In this document: positions 49,116 to 61,579 of the stretch, in pieces
Position numbering within the stretch: the first letter of the stretch is position 1
Layout of the letters: each line of letters begins with the position of its first letter
Assembly: GCA_016748015.1 (NCBI GenBank)
Contig: JAAOMT010000599.1
Coordinates: 186,001 to 250,000 of the forward strand
Length of the DNA: 64,000 nt
DNA from: Geosiphon pyriformis uo1
Lineage: Eukaryota > Fungi > Glomeromycota
Direction of reading: 5' to 3'
Notes under the pieces: model-generated
The model's input: only the letters and a program-made list of their open reading frames with translations
Databases searched by the model: none
Told to the model about the DNA's origin: nothing
Program-made: the position numbers and the translations under genes

Positions 49116-51454
49116 ATGATGTCCAAACACATTGTACGGTTGTGTCGTCATATCATCCTGGATGATTTTGGTGAATATGTAGACGTACGTTTTCTATTAG
49201 CTGCGTGCTTTTGGACCTTATGACCTTTGTAATAAGCTTTCTTCTCTTTGATTTTTTAGAGAGTAGCAAAAGTACTTTTAGAAAAGGGTCGTGTTTCTTT
49301 CTACACTATTCGTCGTCTTTCTCAGCTTGACGTTCGAAAAATCAAAGAGAGTCTCTTGATCCTCATTCAGCATAATCTAGCGTATTGGGCCGAGATCCCT
49401 GAGAACAATAGGTCTGTAGTATACTACCACATTGAGATCAAAGAGGTACTCGCTAGGGATAGGTTTGGGATATATCTACGTCATTGCGACGAATTAACCG
49501 GACATGTAAGTTAATGTACGCTTTATTATTGATTTAGAACTTTTTAATCTAAATATGATTAAGTAACAAGTTTGATTTTCTAAAACACTAAAGGCATATC
49601 AAATTCTTCTTTTTCTGTTGTTAAATGGCAAAGTGACTTTGAAATCTCTAATTGAAGAACTTGAGGGAATTGGGAAATCAGATAGTAAGTTTTCTAAGTT
49701 ATATTGGTGATCTTCCTATATGCACACCATATTAATTGGTTTATTCTCAGTAATCCCGGACATTAAGCTTTGTTTCACCTCACTTGTTGACCACTCCTAC
49801 CTTATCCCTGTTCAAATATCGGATACGCAGTCTGCTTTGGACAAGAGGAATGTTGCTGAAGCGATTAAGCTAAGGGAACAAGCAATTGTTCTTCCTACTA
49901 AGAAAGAGCTGGCAGAAATCAGGGCCAGAATTGATCAAGATAAACGGGCCTCAGACGAAGCTGTCACTCAATCTTTAGTATGTCTATGTTGAATATCCTT
50001 TATGTTTGCCAAAAATTCATATCTAACCTAAAACTTTCATTTGACCAAGAAACGAAAAGCTGACGATCCTAGACCTTTGGATCCCAACAAGGTATACTCG
50101 ACTGTAATTTTCTAATATTGAAGCAAAATTTTCTCACCTTCTATGGTTTGTAGGCTCAAAAAACTCAGGAAATCTTAGATGTGAGTACAAACTCTGTTTC
50201 AAGACAAAACACAAAATACATAATTAATATGTATTCATTTTGTCTAGGAAGACATTTATTTCAGGGTCAACTATGAAAGATTTAATATTTTAGAAAGGAA
50301 TGCTGTAAGTAAGAATTCATTTTATACTGCACTTAGTTTTATCAATTCCTTTATTCATGACAAACCGGGTTTGAAGCAAATTGTATCTTTCGCTGAAGAA
50401 CGGTTCAATAAATCGGCAGCTCACGTCATGCGTATGATTCTTCAAAATGCAAATGAATGGAAATCAAATTATGGAAAACCTGAATCAGGTCTTGATAAAC
50501 AATCTTTTTATTTAAGCGGGTTTCTCCTTACCATTTTTCGTATCATAATAGTTCCTTTATCATTCACAACAATCGTAAAAATGATTTCACCATCATCCGG
50601 TATTGCTAACGAAATCGTGATAAAAAAGGAAAGGGAAGATCCTACCCATTACCAAGTTTTAAAGCATTATCTCGATATATTGGCCGAAAATGATGCAAAA
50701 TTTTTACGAAAAAAAGATGACCAGATGGGTGGAATATATCTCGTGCTTTATCAAGACATATGCGATAAGATGAAACAAACCAAGGTTGAAAGCATCCTGC
50801 AAGAAAAATACGGCCGTCATAGTGTCCGTATCTTTCGTATATTACTGACCAAGGGAAAGTTGGATGAGCACAATGTATGTAAAATTTAATCTGATTTATA
50901 TATGACATTATCAGATTTCCCGTAGGGCGATATCGTTAATCCCTATTCACTTTAAAGATTGCGAGGTTTGCTTTACTGTCGTACCTTGAGACCAGAAAAT
51001 TATTAAACGATTTATTCCTAGCGGATTATATCCAATTACAAGTAAGATTTGTTTGAGTTTTAAGATCAAGACGCACATTTATCTTGACCGAAAATGCTAA
51101 CTCGACAACCCCTGTGGATTTTTTTCACTTCAACAGGAAATCCCCAAAGGGACAGAAAGAACCCCATCGCGTACTATTTTTCTGTGGTATGTCGACCTGG
51201 ATAATACATATAAAAAAGTCTTGGCAGATTTGTATCGTTCCCTCGCCAATCTTTATGATCGACGTTTGTACGAATGCGGTAAGCGGCAAAAGTTGATTGA
51301 AAAGCGAGACCGCGCTTCAATAATAGGAAACGAAGCTTTACTTAGCGAACAAGAAAAACAAGCGGCAGCCGTGTTCGAAAAGGTATTGGAAAGGATTGAA
51401 CGTGCGGAAGTGCGTTTGGTTGAACTGATAATGTTAATGTCAGATTTTAAATAG
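49116..51454 (+). CDS. RPC82: RNA polymerase III subunit RPC82/RPC3
   Basis: About 11 GT-AG exons (49116-49184, 49260-49505, 49594-49684, 49751-49977, 50050-50091, 50154-50180, 50248-50304, 50377-50488, 50552-50874, 50958-51041, 51137-51454). Motifs: LCRHII.DDFG..RVAKVLLEKGR...KESLLILIQHNL; YFRVNYERF; EKYGRHSVRIFRILL.KGKLDE; QLQEIPKG.ER.PSRTIFLWYVD. Confidence 0.9.
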
Positions 51455-51827
51455 CCAGGGTACTTTTTGGTTTTTATAAATTGCTGGGAGATTTTTCAGT
51501 CATCAAAAGCTGTTGAACAGTACCATCTTTTATTAGAATGACAGATACCTACGTTTAGACTAAAACACATACTATTAATTAAAAAACTTATAAAAAACTT
51601 TTTGTAGTGGAGTAAAATCCTTGTTTCAAAGTCAATTTCGAGACTATTCCCATCTTTTACTCGACACATACGCTTTCAAAATGTTTATAAAACACCCAGA
51701 AATATTTACAATTAAAAATGGTGAAATACCCATTGGATCAATTATCTATTTTTAATATATACCACAGGTCATATCTAGGCAGATAACCATGCTAGAACGC
51801 AACCCATTGCTATTAACTCGCATCCCG

Positions 51828-54800
51828 TCATAATTTGGCACGGCCAATAGCATCACGCAATGGTTCCAAACGGAATTTTACATCTTTCATGGCTTTAGAT
51901 GTTGGTTCCCACTCTTCATATTGTTTTCGCAGCTTATTCAACTCTCGCCCAAAATATTCTGACCCCTCCACTGACTTGTCATCTAGTATTCCTCGCATTG
52001 CCCATGGCAAGTAATATGGGTTGTAACTTTTCTTTGCCTGGAATTGTTTTTGAAGCAACTTGCCCCCAGCGGGAGAGGATTCAAAGAGATAACGGACAGC
52101 GAGACTGAATCAAAAAGATAAAACATGAATTCAGCATGATGCTTGATAATTTCTGAAATGTAATAATTTATGGTGAATACTCACTTGTATACATTACTCT
52201 CTTCATATAATGTTGAGTGACCTTCACCAGTCAAAGGGCCAGTAATCACTTCACTTAAGTACACTAACAGATCGTGATCCTGAATGCCGGCATTTCGTAG
52301 TCGAACCGCAAAGACGATCAAATTTGATAGAAAATCGTTCTCACGGTAAATAGGACTATCAATGTATACAGCACGAAGTATTGAGGGGTGATTAGCACCA
52401 GTAAAAACGCCTGAATAGAGCTGTAAAAAAATGATAGATGGTTAAAGGCGGGGAATTATATGGGTGGATCAAAGTTTCAATAAAATTATCAATATATACC
52501 GGAACAACTTGGTCATCCATGGAGGCAACATACACAACTTTAGCTCCGCTATCTGTTAAAGTTTTCAAAGCATCACGATATTTTGTACCAAGATATGAAT
52601 CTGAATTCCCGAACTCGAATAATTCTCGGGCCGCGTCAGGCTCAAAATACTTTACAAACGAAAGGTAAGGAAAAGGGCCATGGGAGATACCAGCCATAGC
52701 AAGCAAAGAGATTCGTTGGCGCCTTGGATTTATATGATTCATTTGAATCAGGCGAGCAAGAAGCATGGTACTGACCGGAGTACCTTGAGAATGTGTTGCA
52801 ACAAAGATTACGTCGGCTGAAGTTAAGGCTTTATACCATGTTGGGTTGGCCATAAGATTTCTAAATGAAAGATTTACTCTATCATTGATCTTTCCTTCGC
52901 CTTCAAGTGGAATTTCTGTGATCGCATCACTGGGAAGATTAATTCCATATTGAGCCAAATACCCAGCGACAGCTTTGCTCATCATATCACAAAATTTAGT
53001 CGATGTCCCAGATGGTGGACCAACGACAGCTCTAACAAATTTTTTAGGATACCATCCATGCACCCCAATAATAGCAATCCGTTTCACATCAATTGAAGAT
53101 CGAGTAAGTTCATCGAGTAATTTTGGAAGACCACTTTCGGGAGCTTTATCGGGAGGGAAAAAGTATGAATTAATAACGTGTAACGTTTGTTGAACGATAG
53201 AGGTTGGCCGTTTATTCGACCGAAATATGGAAAGCTCCTCGAAAGTGGGAAGCACTTTATTTAGAGAAGCTCCTGGTTTAATAGGTGTTTTTGCTGAAGA
53301 CAGAGGTAGATTATCAGGTTTATTTTCCAAGGCATTAGAAGGACCATCTACAAGGGGAGGTTTAATAACATCTATTATTATTGGCTGCTTGCCAATTTCA
53401 GACATCTCAGGCGCTTGTTNNNNNNNNNNNNNNNNNNNNGACAGCTCTAACAAATTTTTTAGGATACCATCCATGCACCCCAATAATAGCAATCCGTTTC
53501 ACATCAATTGAAGATCGAGTAAGTTCATCGAGTAATTTTGGAAGACCACTTTCGGGAGCTTTATCGGGAGGGAAAAAGTATGAATTAATAACGTGTAACG
53601 TTTGTTGAACGATAGAGGTTGGCCGTTTATTCGACCGAAATATGGAAAGCTCCTCGAAAGTGGGAAGCACTTTATTTAGAGAAGCTCCTGGTTTAATAGG
53701 TGTTTTTGCTGAAGACAGAGGTAGATTATCAGGTTTATTTTCCAAGGCATTAGAAGGACCATCTACAAGGGGAGGTTTAATAACATCTATTATTATTGGC
53801 TGCTTGCCAATTTCAGACATCTCAGGCGCTTGTTGTTGTTGTTGTTGTTGGTTTTGTTCGATGCAGTCAGTAATTAATTTTTTATCAACATGTGCAAGAT
53901 GGGACTGTGGCTTTGACACATTTGAAAAAAAATAAAGCCATGTATTTCGAGATTTAGGTAAAGCTTCTACTAAAGGATTTGGTTCATTTTTCTTAATATG
54001 TGGTGATGATGATGATAATGAATCAGTTTCAAAATTTTCTAGTTGGGGAACATCATTTTTAGACGTGATGGAAGAGGATCGTGAAGGGGTAGTTGATAAA
54101 GTTTGCGAAGGGTTAGGTACTAAAGCTGAAGAAATAGATTCTGATTGAGAAGGGTCTGAAGTTGTTATAAAGGATGTTGAGGAGGATGAAGCGTTATTAT
54201 TATTTTCTGGTTCCTCGGTAGTCGGTTCTAGCAAATTGGGATTGGATGCTGACCAAGGCCCAAATAAGGACCAACGTTTTATCTCGGATGATTTCCGTTT
54301 CTTCACACTTCTTATACTCGACGAGCTTGAGTTTATTTTGTGTTGAGCTCCGTCGGTTGAATCAGATAGGAAATCACGTTCTACCGATATGTTATTTGAA
54401 GAACCAGGTTCATCGATAGGAATCATAGATTGTCCTTTAATATTTTCCTTTCCATCGATAGTATCACTAGCACCTGTTCTCTTTTGATGCGTTAGAGACA
54501 TGTTTTCTGGTTCCATGGTAATCACCTCTGTTACTGCTTTTGTATAAAGTTCATTAGCTGAATAAATTTCTGTAGAACCTAAACTTTGATTTATGCCCTT
54601 GACACTATGGGTTGCAACACTAACAGTACCAAATTTCCACCATGAATTTCTAGAGGATGACGACGACGAAAGCTTGACATCTGGATTTTTGGTGCTTTCT
54701 GCAACAACAATTGTTTTCACAGTTGATGAGGAAGTTAGATTTGTCTCAATTGAAGGTAATTGGGGTGAATCACTATGGGTTGGTAGTTTCTGTTGATCGT

Positions 54801-55497
54801 CCGTATTTAGAGTAAGATTATTGATTTTTTTAGAGTTATTAATAGGTTGGTTTTGCTCGTTTGAAGGTTTCTTGTCAAAAATATCTGAGATAGCCGTAGC
54901 AGTAGTTGGTGCACTATTAATCGCAGTTGTTTGGGGTAAATCGGGATTCTTATGACCATTTGTATCGATCACCGGCAACGAATTTGAAGTTTGAGTTTTT
55001 ACATTATTAGAGGTGGTGGTAACACTCGAATTTCCTGTTGTGGTCGCATTTGTTGGATTATAATACCACCAATTACGAATCGAAGTTGAAAACCTTTTAG
55101 TATCGTCATGAGTTCTAACGTTGGTGCTTTGTTGTGTTGGGATTGGTATAGCAGGCGAAGCAGATATTTCCTGTTCTACCAAAGTTGAAGCTATTGATGG
55201 AGTCTCTGAGGTATCCGAGGCCGTTTCATTTATTGGAATAGGTAGACTTTTTGTGGTATTATTAGTTTTCTCCTCAACCTTTTCAGGTTGATTGGGGCTT
55301 TTATTATTTTCCTCAAAGCCTCGATTTGGTGCTCTGTTCGTATTTTGTGATTTTATAGTTTCAGTTGTATTTTTTTCAACTCTACTATCTTTTGGGTCTG
55401 CGCTCATATTAGTGGCGGTAGTAGTAGTAGTAGCAGTAGCGGTAGTAGTAGTGGTAGAGTCAAGTGTGAAGGATAACCACCAAGGGTTACGGGACAT
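51828..55497 (-). CDS. YML020W-like alpha/beta-hydrolase-fold protein with a long low-complexity N-terminus and C-terminal -AKL
   Basis: IAIIGVHGWYP, GEGKI, ATHSQGTPVS, LAMAGISHGPF, DQVVP|LYS, GHSTLYE, NPYYLPWAMRG, W.PTSK..KDVKFRLE. Exons are 55497-52500 (after removing the duplicated 395 bp and gap), 52420-52185 and 52104-51828. Confidence 0.85.
53025..53834. other. Assembly artefact: 395-bp exact duplication flanking a 20-N gap
   Basis: 53025-53419 is identical to 53440-53834, separated by N at 53420-53439. Collapsing the duplication restores one frame. Confidence 0.9.
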
Positions 55498-56192
55498 ATT
55501 TAAGGCTTTTTGATTATATTGCCGTTGAAATAGTTTTAATAGTCGGAGTCCCAAAATATTATTAAGACTATTAGTAAAAGTTCACTTTGGAATTCACAGG
55601 AGTGATACTATTAAAACTTGGTTAATATGGATTGAATGATTAATAAAATTTCAAAAAAGTCTAAAAAATTGAAAAGTTCAACAGTATAAGTTTGATATGA
55701 AAAAAAAAAAAGGAATTCACAATCAGACAAGGAGACAGACTAGTCAGTTGTGAAAAAAAAAAGGCAAGAATGTGAACGGAAGAGGTGAGCTTTAGTAGTG
55801 ATGGTGAATTGATTTGATATATAGTTTTTTTTTAAGAAATTTATATTGATTACTGTAATTTTCTAGTAAAGAATTCTTTTTTTTTTTAAATTTCCGCTGT
55901 CTTCAATTGAATGATGATGATGATGACATTCAGAGTATTATTGGCTGGAAAAGATTGCAGATTCGAAGAACTTTGAAATTTTTTTGGGGCAAAAAGTTTT
56001 TTCATTAAAAATGATTTTCGCCAAGCTTTACTTTGGTATAATAAATTGACACGCAATTTTCTGTGACGTTTTTAATTGATAAAGGCGACATACGAAGGAA
56101 AGAAATGGGTTGTTCGTGGTCATAAATTTCGGGTATCGTGCAAACTAGGGGATCAACCTTTGAGGAAATAGTTTGAATATAATTATTGATTA

Positions 56193-56215
56193 TGAAAATG
56201 AAAATGAAAATGAAA

Positions 56216-56248
<33 letters not shown>
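56193..56248. repeat. (TGAAAA)n followed by (GAT)n microsatellite
   Basis: Directly visible. Confidence 0.9.
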
Positions 56249-58500
56249 TTTTAAAAAAAATGAAGTTTGTGGCTATCAGCTAATAATGATGAAACTTTGC
56301 AGATTAAAAATGTTAAGCTCATCACCATCATCATCATAATGATTATAGAACATAAAGCAAAAGCCTTTGAGAATCCAAAGTTCCATCACTACCAAAGTTT
56401 ACCCTAATAGGAAAATTTCTGGGGGCAAAGTTTGTAAATATTATCCAATTCATTGATTAGGGAGAAACACTGAATTTGTTTTGTGTACAAAAAAAATTAT
56501 ATTTTTGTCAAATTACGAAAATAAAAATTAGTAAATTTCTAAATTTGTCTATTGATTTCGTTTCAAGATGTGAAATATTTTTTTTAAAGTGTGAGAAAAA
56601 ACAATTGGGAAATTTTCAAGTGTTATAGATCCCAACCTAATTCTCAAATTAGATTTTTTTTTTTTTTTTACGTTTTACGTTTTACGATACTTAACAGTCA
56701 AAATTAACAAACACTAAATTACCCTGGTTTTCTTTTTCAAACTTTTCTTGTTAAAAGCTTACGTGATTCAAAAAAAATAAAATAAAAAAGATCTTCGTAG
56801 TGAATGGATAGTATAATAATATCCCATTTTAGAAGTGTAGCAAAATCCCGCTGCAAGTGAATAAATAAAAATTTTTTGGTATTTTTTAATTCTCACGTAT
56901 CCCTTTTTTAGTATTAATAACATTGATAAATTAATTGATAATGTATTTCGACGATTGACACATTATACAGTTAATGACTTATAAACTTTATACGTAATAC
57001 CACGCCAGAAAAGTTATAATGAACTAACCTAGAAAATTTTTGTAGAACGGCGCAGAAATTTCCGAGTTGGAAAATTTTCAAAGTTGGAAGTTTGGAAGGT
57101 ACACATTCAAAAATTTTATAACTGATTATGTAAATTCGGAATTCAATTTCACCTCAAAGTTTTTCACGAGGCTGAGGGGCGTAAACTCAGTGGTTCCCTG
57201 ATTTGATCAATAGTTGACGAGTTTTTGTCATCATGTTTTTGTAATTGATCTTATAAATTTGCTCATTATCATAAAGTCCGATGATTCAAAAAGTATCGGA
57301 GTTTGATTTCCTAGTTTGTAAGATTAAACTAAAGGGTTGAACTTCTAAATCAATTATCCAGGAATCGGGAATTTTATTCCTTCTTATTTTAATATCTTTA
57401 AACGTTTTTTTGATGGAAATCTACTTTTGATCACATTATCTGATTCCATAGGGACCAGGTGGGTTAATTAATTGCCCGAGGTTCTGCCTGTTAATAAAAT
57501 TATACAAACCCTTTTTTTTTTTTTCAGATCTAAAAATTTAAAAAAACAAAATGGCACATGGCCTAATTATTGGTTTATATCTCACGCGGTAAAAGCAAAA
57601 GAAAACAGGTAAATCATTTTATTAGGATATCGGAGAAAATTTATAATGGATATAAAAATGAAGTTCTTCTTTTAATCCTAAAAAGACCACCCAAGTTGGT
57701 TAAATTATACAAATATTTTTAATCGTGAAAGTAAACAAAAACACAATGTTTATGAATTCGGAAATCTTGTTGTTGTTGGAGAAACTTTTGTTTGGTTGAT
57801 TGATTGTTGGGAGGGGGGGGGGGTTTGATTTACCGTTTTCAAATCCTCTTTCATAGAGTTTAAGGTTAAGTATAGTAGTACTGTTAATGATTTCATTCAT
57901 TCCTACTAAGCACATTCAAAAAATCAGGTTTCGTTATTTATATCTTTATTCTCAGTATTTTGATTGTGAATCGGTGATTCATTATTAGCCACAATGTAGG
58001 AATATTGTATATTATTGGTAGTTTTCAGACCCTGAAGATTCAATCTTTTAAAATTAGAAATGAAGTTGGGTATTTCCTATTGTGTCAATTTTTGATCTTT
58101 CATACTTGATCGCCTAATTGGGAAAGGTTGGAAATGTTTTAAATTTAAAAATATGAGCCCATTTTCCATTGTTACAATGATTTAAATGTTGAATGAATTT
58201 TATTCTTTAATGTAAATTTACTTAATTGGTTCTTTTAACCAGTTGTGTAGCCTTTTATTCGAGTTTTTTAGTCGTCAATTCCACGCCACGAATGAGGTAG
58301 AATGGGATGAATGGGAACAAGCAATATTTGTAGGGTTTCTCTGATTTTTCATACTGTAATTGTGTGAATTAGGAAAAATTTATGACGGAATGAATTTTTT
58401 TCAAGTCGAAATGGTTACCAACTTACCATAGTTATACGATCATAAAAGAAATCATATCATTTACTACACAAAACTTGGCTTCGGCTCTGACAGTGATACA

Positions 58501-58539
58501 GAAAGAGTGAGAGAGAGTGAGAGAGAGAGAGTGAGAGAG
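58501..58539. repeat. Imperfect (GA)n microsatellite
   Basis: Directly visible. Confidence 0.85.
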
Positions 58540-59697
58540 CGTCCAAAAACTTTTTGGGGATCTGGGGTGATGAATCATTATTTCTCAAAAATCAAACATG
58601 TAGCATTACAATGATTGGTTTACATTATAATAATCTCTAAATTTTGGCGACGAGTTGTAGGACTGCAGGAGACTATCACAAATAATGATTTATGATGCGA
58701 AGTAATTAACAGTAAACCTATAAAAAAGCTGCAAGTGTTACTAGGGGCGTCAAATGGTTCAGGTCAATAAAGGAAATTTGGTAAATTTCAAAGTTTAAAC
58801 TTTATATTTTTCCTCTAACGTTTTTTAGAATTTCGATTTTTTAAAAAACTTTTTCGATTCAAATATCGCGTCATCGATATGATGTGCAAAGCTGGAGTTT
58901 TCTTGTTTTGTAAAAATAAAATACGGTTTTCGTAATAAACATTTTGGAGCATGCTTCTAATTTTGTGGGATTTTTCTAATTTGTGGATTTGTGTATTACC
59001 ATATATCTTTCTGGTGTTTGTGAAATTTTGACATTTTGAATGTTTTCAGTATTACGTTTTTCCAAAATGAGCAGAGAAAATCAAAGTGGAACAAAAGATT
59101 GGAAGAATGACCCAGCATATGATGTTTATTGTACAATTCCAAAATTAAACATTGTTACAGGATTGTTGCTGCGGTACTCTGAAGATCTTTCAATTTGGAC
59201 TGACCACCATCATATGTTCTAAAGTGTACAAAGGGGAAGTATAAGGAAAAAATACTCCTTTTTGTTGTTAACAATTCATCACTAATAAAGAAATTCGGCA
59301 CAGTATAATTAACCAATTTAAATTCAAGCTCTCCATAACCGCTAATGCCATTGTACCTGAAACTTTTTTAAATGAGTTGCTCACCCCCAAAATATCACAA
59401 ACCATCATCTTGAACTATATATGCCTTTGTCGCGTGACGCAGCCATTTCTCGATTAAATGCAAATTTTTTTCCCACAATTAATGTCAGATCATCTGATGA
59501 CCATGAACCCTCCCCTAATGTAATCTTTTCCACTTGACGAAAAACTTTCTATTGTAGAAAATATCCCACGACTCCATTAATGAATAATTTGTCTATAATT
59601 CCCAAATTTGGTGGCTTTATAAAGAGCAATGATTTCTGTCATGGAAATTAGAAGAAATGAGTTTCGGTCAGGTTGTTAGTCAAATGATGATGGATGA

Positions 59698-59774
<77 letters not shown>

Positions 59775-59826
59775 TATTGTTGTTGTTGTCTTTGTTGTTG
59801 TTGTTGTTGTTGTTGTTGTTTTGTTA
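59698..59826. repeat. Compound (TAT)n-(TGT)n microsatellite
   Basis: Directly visible; explains the poly-I/L/C ORFs in the track. Confidence 0.95.
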
Positions 59827-61579
59827 TCTTTTTGTTTGGATTATTAATATCTGTAACCTCTAAAATTTTAGAATATTAATATTGTTGAAACACGAAAATA
59901 AATCTAACAGTTTATTTAAATTGTTATTTTTGCTATTGCCAAGTATAGATTTTTGAAACAAAACTAAAATCCATTAGTTTTATAATATCATATTTGATTT
60001 TATAATTATTTAAAATCTATATTTAAAAAATACAATTTAAATTAACTTTTATGATCTATTAAATCTTTTTTTTGTTAAAATTATTAATATTTAATTAATG
60101 CTTAAATTATTATAACCTCTTTTATTTATTTGATTAAAAATAAAAATTTTTGAGGATTTACTTAATCTTGGTTAAAAAATACCAAAATAAACTTTTAATA
60201 TTTATTTCTAATTATGAGATATTTCTAAAATAAACAAAAATACATATTTTTGGTAAAAAGATTTTTTATTTTCATAAAAATATGTAGTTGTTATGTGTTT
60301 GATATTTTTATTTTATAAATAATATTTTCTTTATGTAATATACGTAAATAGTGTTTTTCTTCAAGATTTGAGAACATTAAAAAACTTTTATTAAATTAAT
60401 ATATTTTTAGAAATTGATTTTTTTTAATTTATTTTCAAATTAAATAACTTTGTTAAATTTTTGTAATTTTTTATAAGGTAAAAAAGAAGTATTTTGTTGA
60501 ATTATGGTATTGTGGTAAAGTTAATAATTTGTGATGGGTTGTGATAAAAAGTATAAAATATTTTATTGTTCAAGTAAGAAAACGGCATACTTTCACAGAT
60601 CTTATTCTTTCACAAGAATTTATTTTGATAACTTTTGTCTACAATACTCTATTCGCTAAAATATTTCCATTTACCAAAATATCTTATATTTCGTCTTGAA
60701 AAAACAAAAAATTAAATTAATAAAATTATGTATATAATATTTGAAATAAAAAAAGTTTGAAAATTAAAATACAAAAACTTTATTTAAAACACACCATTTT
60801 TTGAATTGATCAACTTTCTAAACTTCTTTAAGTAAAATAACAAAAAATTTTATCATAAATTATGTTGATAAAAAATATTTTATAAAAAAATCAATTTTAT
60901 ATATTTAATTATTAATACTTTGATTATTAATACTTTATTATAATAATAATACTTTGAAATTTTATTTTAATTTATTATATACTTTTTGCATTAAAACCAT
61001 ATTCTAAATAATAAAAAAATACAAATTTTTAACTTAAAATATTTTAACAATATTTGAAAATGTATTATTGGGATTATATAATATATGTTTTTGAGATTTT
61101 GTTAATAATTATTTTGTGTTATTGAGATTATATTATATATTTTTTGAAATTATGTTATTATTATTATTGTATTTATTATGAATAATATAAATATTTTAAC
61201 ATTGTATAAATATTTATTACATAATTAATAATTTTTATTTTATATTAATTTTTTTTAAATTAATATTAGTGTATTATTTTCACTTAATGATTTTTTAAAT
61301 ATAAAAAATAAATATTCATTAATAATGTAAGAAGGTATTTTAAGCAAATTATTCCTTTTTAAAAAAAATCAAAATATTTAAATCAATCAAAAGTAAATAA
61401 TTTTTAAAAAAAACTTTATCAGCGTTAAAGAATGATTGGTTGATCTCTCCATCAGATCAATACAATTACCAATTTTTTTATATTTTGATTAGCTTCCCAC
61501 TACTTTCTTTAAAATATTCAAAAGTTGTTTCAGTTAAAGGGATATAGGAAACTTTCAACAAAGAAATTTTTTTCATTAA

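Noticed and set aside
53025-53834. Apparent tandem duplication or two genes (ORFs 52392-53492 and 53407-55554)
   Set aside because: The 395-bp copies are identical and flank a 20-N gap, typical of an unmerged contig overlap. Collapsing them gives one gene.
59657-59879. Poly-Ile/Leu/Cys ORFs
   Set aside because: They are translations of the (TAT)n/(TGT)n microsatellite.
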